NCBI GenBank assembly: GCA_964016885.1
Contig: CAXHJY010000898.1
Coordinates: 1 to 64,000, forward strand
Direction: 5' to 3'
Length of the DNA: 64,000 nucleotides
Origin: Eledone cirrhosa
Taxonomy: Eukaryota
This document shows positions 50,991 to 63,100 of this stretch, piece after piece (positions within the stretch are counted from its first letter, which is position 1; every line of letters starts with the position of its first letter). The notes beneath the pieces were generated by a model that saw only the letters and a list, made by a program, of their open reading frames with translations, was not told the DNA's origin and made no database searches. A program made the position numbers and the translations under genes.

Positions 50991-53900
50991 TAGCTTAGCT
51001 TAGTTTAGGATAGCTTAGCTTAGCTTAGCTTAGGATAGCTTAGCTTAGCTTAGCTTAGCTTAGGATAGCTTATCTTAGCTTAGGATAGCTTAGCTTAGCT
51101 TAGCTTAGGATAGCTTAGCTTAGCTTAGGATAGCTTAGCTTAGCTTAGCTTAGGATAGCTTAGCTTAGCTTAGCTTAGGATAGCTTAGCTTAGCTTAGCT
51201 TAGGATAGTTTAGCTTAGCTTAGCTTAGCTTAGGATAGCTTAGCTTAGCTTAGGATAGCTTAGGATAGCTTAGCTTAGGATAGCTTAGCATAGCTTAGCT
51301 TAGGATAGCTTAGCTTAGGATAGCTTAGCTTAGGATAGCTTAGGATAGCTTAGCTTAGCTTAGCTTAGGATAGCTTAGCTTAGCTTAGCTTAGGATAGCT
51401 TAGCTTAGCTTAGCTTAGGATAGCTTAGGATAGCTTAGCTTAGGATAGCTTAGGATAGCTTAGCTTAGGAAAGCTTAGGATAGCTTAGCTTAGGATAGCT
51501 TAGGATAGCTTAGCTTAGGATAGCTTAGGATAGCTTAGCTTAGCTTAGCTTAGGATAGCTTAGCTTAGCTTAGCCTAGGTAGCTTAGCTTAGCTTAGCTT
51601 AGGATAGCTTAGGATAGCTTAGCTTAGGATAGCTTAGGATAGCTTAGCTTATGATAGCTTAGCTTAGGATAGCTTAGGATAGCTTAGCTTAGGATAGCTT
51701 AGCTTAGGATAGCTTAGGATAGCTTAGCTTAGCTTAGCTTAGGATAGCTTAGCTTAGCTTAGGATAGCTTAGCTTAGCTTAGCTTAGCTTAGGATAGCTT
51801 AGCTTAGCTTAGCTTAGGATAGCTTAGCTTAGCTTAGCTTAGGATAGCTTAGGATAGCTTAGCTTAGGATAGCTTAGGATAGCTTAGCTTAGGATAGCTT
51901 AGGATAGCTTAGCTTAGGATAGCTTAGGATAGCTTAGCTTAGGATAGCTTAGGATAGCTTAGCTTAGCTTAGCTTAGGATAGCTTAGCTTAGCTTAGCTT
52001 AGGTAGCTTAGCTTAGCTTAGCTTAGGATAGCTTAGGATAGCTTAGCTTAGGATAGCTTAGCTTAGCTTAGGATAGCTTAGCTTAGCTTAGCTTAGGATA
52101 GCTTAGCTTAGCTTAGCTTAGGATAGCTTAGCTTAGCTTAGGATAGCTTAGATTAGCTTAGCTTAGGATAGCTTAGCTTAGCTTAGGATAGCTTAGCTTA
52201 GCTTAGCTTAGCTTAGGAGAGCTTAGCTTAGCTTAGCTTAGGATAGCTTAGCTTAGCTTAGCTTAGGATAGCTTAGCTTAGCTTAGGATAGCTTAGCTTA
52301 GCTTAGCTTATCTTAGCTTAGGATAGCTTAGCTTAGCTTAGCTTAGGATAGCTTAGCTTAGCTTAGCTTAGGATAGCTTAGGATAGCTTAGCTTAGGATA
52401 GCTTAGGATAGCTTACCTTAGGATAGCTTAGCTTAGGATAGCTTAGCTTAGGATAGCTTAGGATAGCTTAGCTTAGCTTAGCTTAGGATAACTTAGCTTA
52501 GCTTAGCTTAGGATAGCTTAGCTTAGCTTAGCTTAGGATAGCTTAGCTTAGCTTAGGATAGCTTAGCTTAGCTTAGCTTAGGATAGCTTAGCTTAGCTTA
52601 GCTTAGGATAGCTTAGCTTAGGATAACTTAGCTTAGGATAGCTTAGCTTAGGATAGCTTAGGATAGCTTAGCTTAGGATAGCTTAGGATAGCTTAGCTTC
52701 GGATAGCTTAGCTTAGCTAAGGATTGCTTAGCTTAGGATAGCTTAGGATAGCTTAGCTTAGCTTAGCTTAGGATAGCTTAGCTTAGCTTAGGATAGCTTA
52801 TCTTAGCTTAGGATAGCTTAGCTTAGCTTAGGATAGCTTAGCTTAGCTTAGGATAGCTTAGCTTAGCTTAGCTTAGGATAGCTTAGCTTAGCTTAGCTTA
52901 GGATAGCTTAGCTTAGCTTAGCTTAGGATAGCTTAGGATAGCTTAGCTTAGCTTAGGATAGCTTAGCTTAGCTTAGCTTAGGATAGCTTAGCTTAGCTTA
53001 GCTTAGGATAGCTTAGGATAGCTTAGCTTAGGATAGCTTAGGATAGCTTAGCTTAGGATAGCTTAGGATAGCTTAGCTTAGGATAGCTTAGGATAGCTTA
53101 GCTTAGGATAGCTTAGCTTAGGATAGCTTAGCTTAGCTTAGCTTAGGAGAGCTTAGCTTAGGATAGCTTAGGATAGCTTAGCTTAGGATAGCTTAGCTTA
53201 GGATAGCTTAGGATAGCTTAGCTTAGCTTAGCTTAGGATAGCTTAGCTTAGCTTAGCTTAGGATAGCTTAGCTTAGCTTAGGATAGCTTAGCTTAGCTTA
53301 CCTTAGGATAGCTTAGCTTAGCTTAGCTTAGGATAGCTTAGCTTAGCTTAGCTTAGGATAGCTTAGCTTAGCTTAGGATAGCTTAGCTTAGCTTAGCTTA
53401 GGATAGCTTAGCTTAGCTTAGCTTAGGATTACTTAGCTTAGCTTAGCTTAGCTTAGGATAGCTTAGCTTAGGATAGCTTAGCTTAGCTTAGCTTAGGATA
53501 GCTTAGCTTAGCTTAGCTTAGCTTAGGATAGCTAAGCTTAGCTTAGGATAGCTTAGCTTAGCTTAGCTTAGGATAGCTTAGCTTAGCTTAGCTTAGCTTA
53601 GCTTAGGACAGCTTAGCTTAGCTTAGCTTAGGATAGCTTAGCTTAGCTTAGCTTAGGATAGCTTAGCTTAGCTTAGCTTAGTATAGCTTAGCTTAGCTTA
53701 GGATAGCTTAGGATAGCTTAGCTTAGGATAGCTTAGGATAGCTTAGCTTAGGATAGCTTAGGATAGCTTAGCTTAGGATAGCTTAGCTTAGGATAGCTTA
53801 GCTTAGCTTAGCTTAGGATAGCTTAGCTTGGGATAGCTTAGGATAGCTTAGCTTAGGAAAGCTTAGCTTAGGATAGCTTAGCTTAGGATAGCTTAGGATA

Positions 53901-54849
53901 GCTTAGCTTAGCTTAGCTTAGGATAGCTTAGCTTAGCTTAGCTTAGGATAGCTTAGCTTAGCTTAGGATAGCTTAGCTTAGCTTAGGATAGCTTAGCTTA
54001 GCTTAGCTTAGGATAGCTTAGCTTAGCTTAGCTTAGGATAGCTTAGCTTAGCTTAGCTTAGGATAGCTTAGCTTAGCTTAGGATAGCTTAGCTTAGCTTA
54101 GGATAGCTTAGCTTAGCTTAGGATAGCTTAGCTTAGGATAGTTTAGCTTAGGATAGCTTAGGATAGCTTAGCTTAGGATAGCTTAGGATAGCTTAGCTTA
54201 GGATAGCTTAGCTTAGCTTAGCTTAGGATAGCTTAGCTTAGCTTAGGTAGCTTAGCTTAGCTTAGCTTAGGATAGCTTAGCTTAGGATAGCTTAGGATAG
54301 CTTAGCTTAGCTTAGCTTAGGATAGCTTAGCATAGCTTAGGATAGCTTAGCTTAGCTTAGGTTAGCTTAGCTTAGCTTAGGATAGCTTAGCTTAGCTTAG
54401 CTTAGGATAGCTTAGCTTAGCTTAGCTTAGGATAGCTTAGCTTAGCTTAGCTTAGGATAGCTTAGCTTAGCTTAGCTTAGGATAGCTTAGCTTAGCTTAG
54501 CTTAGGATAGCTTAGCTTAGCTTAGCTTAGGATAGCTTAGCTTAGCTTAGCTTAGGATAGCTTAGCTTAGCTTAGTTTAGGATAGCTTAGCTTAGGATAG
54601 CTTAGCTTAGCTTAGGATAGCTTAGCTTAGCTTAGCTTAGGATAGCTTAGCTTAGCTTAGCTTAGGATAGCTCAGCTTAGCTTAGCTAAGGATAGCTTAG
54701 CTTAGCTTGGCTTAGGATAGCTTAGCTTAGCTTAGCTTAGGATAGCTTATCTTAGCTTAGGATAGCTTAGCTTAGCTTAGCTTAGGATAGCTTAGCTTAG
54801 CTTAGCTTAGGATAGCTTAGCTTAATTTAGGATAGCTTAGTTTAGCTTG

Positions 54850-57800
54850 GCTTAGGATAGCTTAGCTTAGCTTTGCTTAGGATAGCTTAGCTTAGGATAG
54901 CTTAGGATAGCTTAGCTTAGCATAGCTTAGGATAGCTTAGCTTAGGATAGCTTAGGATAGCTTAGGATAGCTTAGCTTAGGATAGCTTAGGATAGCTTAG
55001 CTTAGGATAGCTTAGCTTAGGATAGCTTAGCTTAGCTTAGATTAGGATAGCTTAGCTTAGCTTAGCTTAGGATAGCTTAGGATAGCTTAGCTTAGGATAG
55101 CTTAGGATAGCTTAGCTTAGGATAGCTTAGCTTAGGATAGCTTAGCTTAGGATAGCTTAGGATAGCTTAGCTTAGGATAGCTTAGCTTAGGATAGCTTAG
55201 GATAGCTTAGCTTAGCTTAGGATAGCTTAGCTTAGCTTAGCTTATGATAGCTTAGCTTAGCTTAGCTTAGCTTAGGATAGCTTAGCTTAGCTTAGCTTAG
55301 GATAGCTTAGGATAGCTTAGCTTAGGATAGCTTAGCTTAGCTTAGCTTAGGATAGCTTAGGATAGCTTAGCTTAGGATAGCTTAGGATAGCTTAGCTTAG
55401 GATAGCTTAGCTTAGGATAGCTTAGCTTAGCTTAGCTTAGGAGAGCTTAGCTTAGGAAAGCTTAGGATAGCTTAGCTTAGGATAGCTTAGCTTAGGATAG
55501 CTTAGGATAGCTTAGCTTAGCTTAGCTTAGGATAGCTTAGCTTAGCTTAGCTTAGGATAGCTTAGCTTAGGATAGCTTAGCTTAGCTTACCTTAGGATAG
55601 CTTAGCTTAGCTTAGCTTAGGATAGCTTAGCTTAGCTTAGCTTAGGATAGCTTAGCTTAGCTTAGGATAGCTTAGCTTAGCTTAGCTTAGGATAGCTTAG
55701 CTTAGGATAGCTTAGCTTAGGTTAGCTTAGCTTAGCTTAGCTTAGGATAGCTTAGGATAGCTTAGCTTAGGATAGCTTAGCTTAGCTTAGCTTAGGATAG
55801 CTTAGCTTAGCTTAGGATAGCTTAGCTTAGGATAGCTTAGGATAGCTTAGCTTAGCTTAGCTTAGCTTAGGATAGCTTAGCTTAGCTTAGCTTAGGATAG
55901 CTTAGCTTAGCTTAGGATAGCTTAGCTTAGCTTAGCTTAGGATAGCTTAGCATAGCTTAGGATAGCTTAGGATAGCTTAGCTTAGGATAGCTTAGCTTAG
56001 CTTAGCTTAGGATAGCTTAGCTTAGCTTAGCTTAGGATAGCTTAGCTTAGCTTAGGATAGCTTAGCTTAGCTTAGCTTAGGATAGCTTAGCTTAGCTTAG
56101 CTTAGGATAGCTTAGCTTAGCTTAGCTTAGGATAGCTTAGCTTAGCTTAACTTAGGATAGCTTAGCTTAGCTTAGCTTAGCTTAGGATAGCTTAGCTTAG
56201 CTTAGGATAGCTTAGCTTAGCTTAGCTTAGGATAGCTTAGCTTAGCTTAGGATAGCTTAGCTTAGCTTAGCTTAGGAGAGCTTAGCTTAGCTTAGCTTAG
56301 GATAGCTTAGCTTAGCTTAGCTTAGGATAGCTTAGCTTAGCTTAGCTTAGGATAGCTTAGCTTAGCTTAGCTTAGGATAGCTTAGCTTAGCTTAGCTTAG
56401 GATAGCTTAGCTTAGCTTAGCTTAGGATAGCTTAGCTTAGCTTAGCTTAGGATAGCTTAGGATAGCTTACCTTAGGAGAGCTTAGCTTAGGATAGCTTAG
56501 CTTAGGATAGCTTAGGATAACTTAGCTTAGGATAGCTTAGCTTAGGATAGCTTAGCTTAGGATAGCTTAGCTTAGGATAGCTTAGGATAGCTTAGCTTAG
56601 CTTAGGATAGCTTAGCTTAGCTTTGCTTAGGATAGCTTAGCTTAGCTTAGCTTAGGATAGCTTAGGATAGCTTAGCTTAGGATAGCTTAGGATAGCTTAG
56701 CTTAGGATAGCTTAGCTTAGGATAGCTTAGGATAGCTTAGCTTAGCTTAGCTTAGGATAGCTTAGCTTAGCTTAGCTTTGGATAGCTTAGCTTAGCTTAG
56801 CTTAGCTTAGGATAGCTTAGCTTAGCTTAGGATAGCTTAGGATAGCTTAGCTTAGGATAGCTTAGGATAGCTTAGCTTAGGATAGCTTAGCTTAAGATAG
56901 CTTAGGATAGCTTAGCTTAGGATAGCTTAGCTTAGGATAGCTTAGCTTAGCTTAGCTTAGGATAGCTTAGCTTGGGATAGCTTAGGATAGCTTAGCTTAG
57001 GATAGCTTAGGATAGCTTAGCTTAGCTTAGCTTAGGATAGCTTACCTTAGCTTAGGATAGATTAGCTTAGCTTAGCTTAGGATAGCTTAGCTTAGCTTAG
57101 GATAGCTTAGCTTAGCTTAGCTTAGGATAGCTTAGCTTAGGATAGCTTAGCTTAGGATAGCTTAGCTTAGGATAGCTTAGCTTAGGATAGCTTAGCTTAG
57201 GTAGCTTAGCTTAGCTTAGCTTAGGTTAGCTTAGCTTAGCTTAGCTTAGGATAGCTTAGCTTAGGATAGCTTAGGATAGCTTAGCTTAGCTTAGCTTAGG
57301 ATAGCTTAGCTTAGCTTAGCTTAGGATAGCTTAGCTTAGCTTAGGATAGCTTAGCTTAGCTTAGCTTAGGATAGCTTAGCTTAGCTTAGCTTAGGATAGC
57401 TTAGCTTAGCTTAGCTTAGGATAGCTTAGCTTAGCTTAGTTTAGGATAGCTTAGGTTAGGATAGCTTAGCTTAGCTTAGCTTAGGATAGCTTAGCTTAGC
57501 TTAGGATAGCTTAGCTTAGCTTAGCTTAGGATAGCTTAGCTTAGCTTAGGATAGCTTAGCTTAGCTTAGCTTAGGATAGCTTAGCTTAGCTTAGCTTAGG
57601 ATAGCTTAGCTTAGCTTAGCTTAGGATAGCTTAGCTTGGCTTAGCTTAGGATAGCTTAGCTTAGCTTGGCTTAGGATAGCCTAGCTTAGCTTAGCTTAGG
57701 ATGGCTTAGCTTAGCTTAGCTTAGGATAGCTTAGCTTAGCTTAGCTTAGCTTAGTTTAGGATAGCTTAGCTTAGCTTAGCTTAGGATAGCTTAGGATAGC

Positions 57801-60800
57801 TTAGCTTAGGATAGCTTAGGATAGCTTAGCTTAGGATAGCTTAGGATAGCTTAGCTTAGGATAGCTTAGCTTAGGATAGATTAGCTTAGGATAGCTTATG
57901 ATAGCTTAGCTTAGGATAGCTTAGGATAGCTTAGGATAGCTTAGCTTAGGATAGCTTAGCTTAGGATAGCTTAGGAAAGCTTAGCTTAGCTTAGCTTAGG
58001 ATAGCTTAGCTTAGCTTAGGATAGCTTAGCTTAGCTTAGCTTAGCTTAGGATAGCTTAGCTTAGCTTAGCTTAGGATAGCTTAGGATAGCTTAGCTTAGG
58101 ATAACTTAGGATAGCTTAGCTTAGGATAGCTTAGGATAGCTTAGCTTAGGATAGCTTAGCTTAGGATAGCTTAGCTTAGCTTAGCTTAGCTTAGGATAGC
58201 TTAGGATAGCTTAGGATAGCTTAGCTTAGGATAGCTTAGCTTAGGATAGCTTAGGATAGCTTAGCTTAGCTTAGCTTAGGATAGCTTAGCTTAGCTTAGC
58301 TTAGGATAGCTTAGCTTAGCTTTGCTTAGGATAGCTTAGCTTAGGATAGCTTAGGATAGCTTAGCTTAGCATAGCTTAGGATAGCTTAGCTTAGGATAGC
58401 TTAGCTTAGGATAGCTTAGGATAGCTTAGCTTAGGATAGCTTAGGATAGCTTAGCTTAGGATAGCTTAGCTTAGGATAGCTTAGCTTAGCTTAGATTAGG
58501 ATAGCTTAGCTTAGCTTAGCTTAGGATAGCTTAGGATAGCTTAGCTTAGGATAGCTTAGGATAGCTTAGCTTAGGATAGCTTAGCTTAGGATAGCTTAGC
58601 TTAGGATAGCTTAGGATAGCTTAGCTTAGGATAGCTTAGCTTAGGATAGCTTAGGATAGCTTAGCTTAGCTTAGGATAGCTTAGCTTAGCTTAGCTTATG
58701 ATAGCTTAGCTTAGCTTAGCTTAGCTTAGGATAGCTTAGCTTAGCTTAGCTTAGGATAGCTTAGGATAGCTTAGCTTAGGATAGCTTAGCTTAGCTTAGC
58801 TTAGGATAGCTTAGGATAGCTTAGCTTAGGATAGCTTAGGATAGCTTAGCTTAGGATAGCTTAGCTTAGGATAGCTTAGCTTAGCTTAGCTTAGGAGAGC
58901 TTAGCTTAGGAAAGCTTAGGATAGCTTAGCTTAGGATAGCTTAGCTTAGGATAGCTTAGGATAGCTTAGCTTAGCTTAGCTTAGGATAGCTTAGCTTAGC
59001 TTAGCTTAGGATAGCTTAGCTTAGCTTAGGATAGCTTAGCTTAGCTTACCTTAGGATAGCTTAGCTTAGCTTAGCTTAGGATAGCTTAGCTTAGCTTAGC
59101 TTAGGATAGCTTAGCTTAGCTTAGGATAGCTTAGCTTAGCTTAGCTTAGGATAGCTTAGCTTAGGATAGCTTAGCTTAGGTTAGCTTAGCTTAGCTTAGC
59201 TTAGGATAGCTTAGGATAGCTTAGCTTAGCTTAGCTTAGGATAGCTTAGCTTAGCTTAGGATAGCTTAGCTTAGGATAGCTTAGGATAGCTTAGCTTAGC
59301 TTAGCTTAGCTTAGGATAGCTTAGCTTAGCTTAGCTTAGGATAGCTTAGCTTAGCTTAGGATAGCTTAGCTTAGCTTAGCTTAGGATAGCTTAGGATAGC
59401 TTAGGATAGCTTAGGATAGCTTAGCTTAGGATAGCTTAGCTTAGCTTAGCTTAGGATAGCTTAGCTTAGCTTAGCTTAGGATAGCTTAGCTTAGCTTAGG
59501 ATAGCTTAGCTTAGCTTAGCTTAGGATAGCTTAGCTTAGCTTAGCTTAGGATAGCTTAGCTTAGCTTAGCTTAGGTTAGCTTAGCTTAGCTTAACTTAGG
59601 ATAGCTTAGCTTAGCTTAGCTTAGCTTAGGATAGCTTAGCTTAGCTTAGGATAGCTTAGCTTAGCTTAGCTTAGGATAGCTTAGCTTAGCTTAGGATAGC
59701 TTAGCTTAGCTTAGCTTAGGAGAGCTTAGCTTAGCTTAGCTTAGGATAGCTTAGCTTAGCTTAGCTTAGGATAGCTTAGCTTAGCTTAGCTTAGGATAGC
59801 TTAGCTTAGCTTAGGATAGCTTAGCTTAGCTTAGCTTAGGATAGCTTAGGATAGCTTACCTTAGGAGAGCTTAGCTTAGGATAGCTTAGCTTAGGATAGC
59901 TTAGGATAACTTAGCTTAGGATAGCTTAGCTTAGGATAGCTTAGCTTAGGATAGCTTAGCTTAGGATAGCTTAGGATAGCTTAGCTTAGCTTAGGATAGC
60001 TTAGCGTAGCTTTGCTTAGGATAGCTTAGCTTAGCTTAGCTTAGGATAGCTTAGGATAGCTTAGCTTAGGATAGCTTAGGATAGCTTAGCTTAGGATAGC
60101 TTAGCTTAGGATAGCTTAGGATAGCTTAGCTTAGCTTAGCTTAGGATAGCTTAGCTTAGCTTAGCTTTGGATAGCTTAGCTTAGCTTAGCTTAGCTTAGG
60201 ATAGCTTAGCTTAGCTTAGGATAGCTTAGGATAGCTTAGCTTAGGATAGCTTAGGATAGCTTAGCTTAGGATAGCTTAGCTTAAGATAGCTTAGGATAGC
60301 TTAGCTTAGGATAGCTTAGCTTAGGATAGCTTAGCTTAGCTTAGCTTAGGATAGCTTAGCTTGGGATAGCTTAGGATAGCTTAGCTTAGGATAGCTTAGC
60401 TTAGGATAGCTTAGGATAGCTTAGCTTAGCTTAGCTTAGGATAGCTTACCTTAGCTTAGGATAGATTAGCTTAGCTTAGGATAGCTTAGCTTAGCTTAGG
60501 ATAGCTTAGCTTAGCTTAGCTTAGGATAGCTTAGCTTAGGATAGCTTAGCTTAGGATAGCTTAGCTTAGGATAGCTTAGCTTAGGATAGCTTAGCTTAGG
60601 ATAGCTTAGCTTAGCTTAGCTTAGGTTAGCTTAGCTTAGCTTAGCTTAGGATAGCTTAGCTTAGGATAGCTTAGGATAGCTTAGCTTAGCTTAGCTTAGG
60701 ATAGCTTAGCTTAGCTTAGCTTAGTATAGCTTAGCTTAGCTTAGCTTAGGATAGCTTAGCTTAGCTTAGCTTAGGATAGCTTAGCTTAGCTTAGGATAGC

Positions 60801-63100
60801 TTAGCTTAGCTTAGCTTAGGATAGCTTAGCTTAGCTTAGCTTAGGATAGCTTAGCTTAGCTTAGCTTAGGATAGCTTAGCTTAGCTTAGTTTAGGATAGC
60901 TTAGGTTAGGATAGCTTAGCTTAGCTTAGCTTAGGATAGCTTAGCTTAGCTTAGCTTAGCTTAGGATAGCTTAGCTTAGCTTAGCTTAGGATAGCTTAGC
61001 TTAGCTTAGGATAGCTTAGCTTAGCTTAGCTTAGGATAGCTTAGCTTAGCTTAGCTTAGGATAGCTTAGCTTAGCTTAGGATAGCTTAGCTTAGCTTAGC
61101 TTAGGATAGCTTAGCTTAGCTTGGCTTAGGATAGCCTAGCTTAGCTTAGCTTAGGATAGCTTAGGATAGCTTACCTTAGGAGAGCTTAGCTTAGGATAGC
61201 TTAGCTTAGGATAGCTTAGGATAACTTAGCTTAGGATAGCTTAGCTTAGGATAGCTTAGCTTAGGATAGCTTAGCTTAGGATAGCTTAGGATAGCTTAGC
61301 TTAGCTTAGGATAGCTTAGCTTAGCTTTGCTTAGGATAGCTTAGCTTAGCTTAGCTTAGGATAGCTTAGGATAGCTTAGCTTAGGATAGCTTAGGATAGC
61401 TTAGCTTAGGATAGCTTAGCTTAGGATAGCTTAGGATAGCTTAGCTTAGCTTAGCTTAGGATAGCTTAGCTTAGCTTAGCTTTGGATAGCTTAGCTTAGC
61501 TTAGCTTAGCTTAGGATAGCTTAGCTTAGCTTAGGATAGCTTAGGATAGCTTAGCTTAGGATAGCTTAGGATAGCTTAGCTTAGGATAGCTTAGCTTAAG
61601 ATAGCTTAGGATAGCTTAGCTTAGGATAGCTTAGCTTAGGATAGCTTAGCTTAGCTTAGCTTAGGATAGCTTAGCTTGGGATAGCTTAGGATAGCTTAGC
61701 TTAGGATAGCTTAGCTTAGGATAGCTTAGGATAGCTTAGCTTAGCTTAGCTTAGGATAGCTTACCTTAGCTTAGGATAGATTAGCTTAGCTTAGCTTAGG
61801 ATAGCTTAGCTTAGCTTAGGATAGCTTAGCTTAGCTTAGCTTAGGATAGCTTAGCTTAGGATAGCTTAGCTTAGGATAGCTTAGCTTAGGATAGCTTAGC
61901 TTAGGATAGCTTAGCTTAGGATAGCTTAGCTTAGCTTAGCTTAGGTTAGCTTAGCTTAGCTTAGCTTAGGATAGCTTAGCTTAGGATAGCTTAGGATAGC
62001 TTAGCTTAGCTTAGCTTAGGATAGCTTAGCTTAGCTTAGCTTAGTATAGCTTAGCTTAGCTTAGCTTAGGATAGCTTAGCTTAGCTTAGCTTAGGATAGC
62101 TTAGCTTAGCTTAGGATAGCTTAGCTTAGCTTAGCTTAGGATAGCTTAGCTTAGCTTAGCTTAGGATAGCTTAGCTTAGCTTAGCTTAGGATAGCTTAGC
62201 TTAGCTTAGTTTAGGATAGCTTAGGTTAGGATAGCTTAGCTTAGCTTAGCTTAGGATAGCTTAGCTTAGCTTAGCTTAGCTTAGGATAGCTTAGCTTAGC
62301 TTAGCTTAGGATAGCTTAGCTTAGCTTAGGATAGCTTAGCTTAGCTTAGCTTAGGATAGCTTAGCTTAGCTTAGCTTAGGATAGCTTAGCTTAGCTTAGC
62401 TTAGGATAGCTTAGCTTAGCTTAGCTTAGGATAGCTTAGCTTAGCTTGGCTTAGGATAGCCTAGCTTAGCTTAGCTTAGGATGGCTTAGCTTAGCTTAGC
62501 TTAGGATAGCTTAGCTTAGCTTAGCTTAGCTTAGTTTAGGATAGCTTAGCTTAGCTTAGCTTAGGATAGCTTAGGATAGCTTAGCTTAGGATAGCTTAGG
62601 ATAGCTTAGCTTAGGATAGCTTAGGATAGCTTAGCTTAGGATAGCTTAGCTTAGGATAGCTTAGCTTAGGATAGCTTATGATAGCTTAGCTTAGGATAGC
62701 TTAGGATAGCTTAGGATAGCTTAGCTTAGGATAGCTTAGCTTAGGATAGCTTAGGAAAGCTTAGCTTAGCTTAGCTTAGGATAGCTTAGCTTAGCTTAGG
62801 ATAGCTTAGCTTAGCTTAGCTTAGCTTAGGATAGCTTAGCTTAGCTTAGCTTAGCTTAGCTTAGGATAGCTTAGGATAGCTTAGCTTAGGATAACTTAGG
62901 ATAGCTTAGCTTAGGATAGCTTAGGATAGCTTAGCTTAGGATAGCTTAGCTTAGGATAGCTTAGCTTAGCTTAGCTTAGCTTAGGATAGCTTAGGATAGC
63001 TTAGGATAGCTTAGCTTAGGATAGCTTAGCTTAGGATAGCTTAGGATAGCTTAGCTTAGCTTAGCTTAGGATAGCTTAGCTTAGCTTAGCTTAGGATAGC
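54850..63100. repeat. Older tandem duplication, period ~3.45 kb (second copy extended by the 1.32-kb duplication)
   Basis: GATTA (A 55041/58495) and TGATA 55245/58699 at 3454; TAAC 56148/59592 at 3444; ATGGC 57701/62481 at 4780 (about 3455+1325). Confidence 0.8.
59830..62480. repeat. Tandem duplication, period ~1.32 kb
   Basis: TTACC 59856/61171, TTAAG 60281/61596, TTGGG 60361/61676 (1315); TTAGTATA 60721/62041, TTAGGTTAGG 60901/62221 (1320). Confidence 0.92.
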
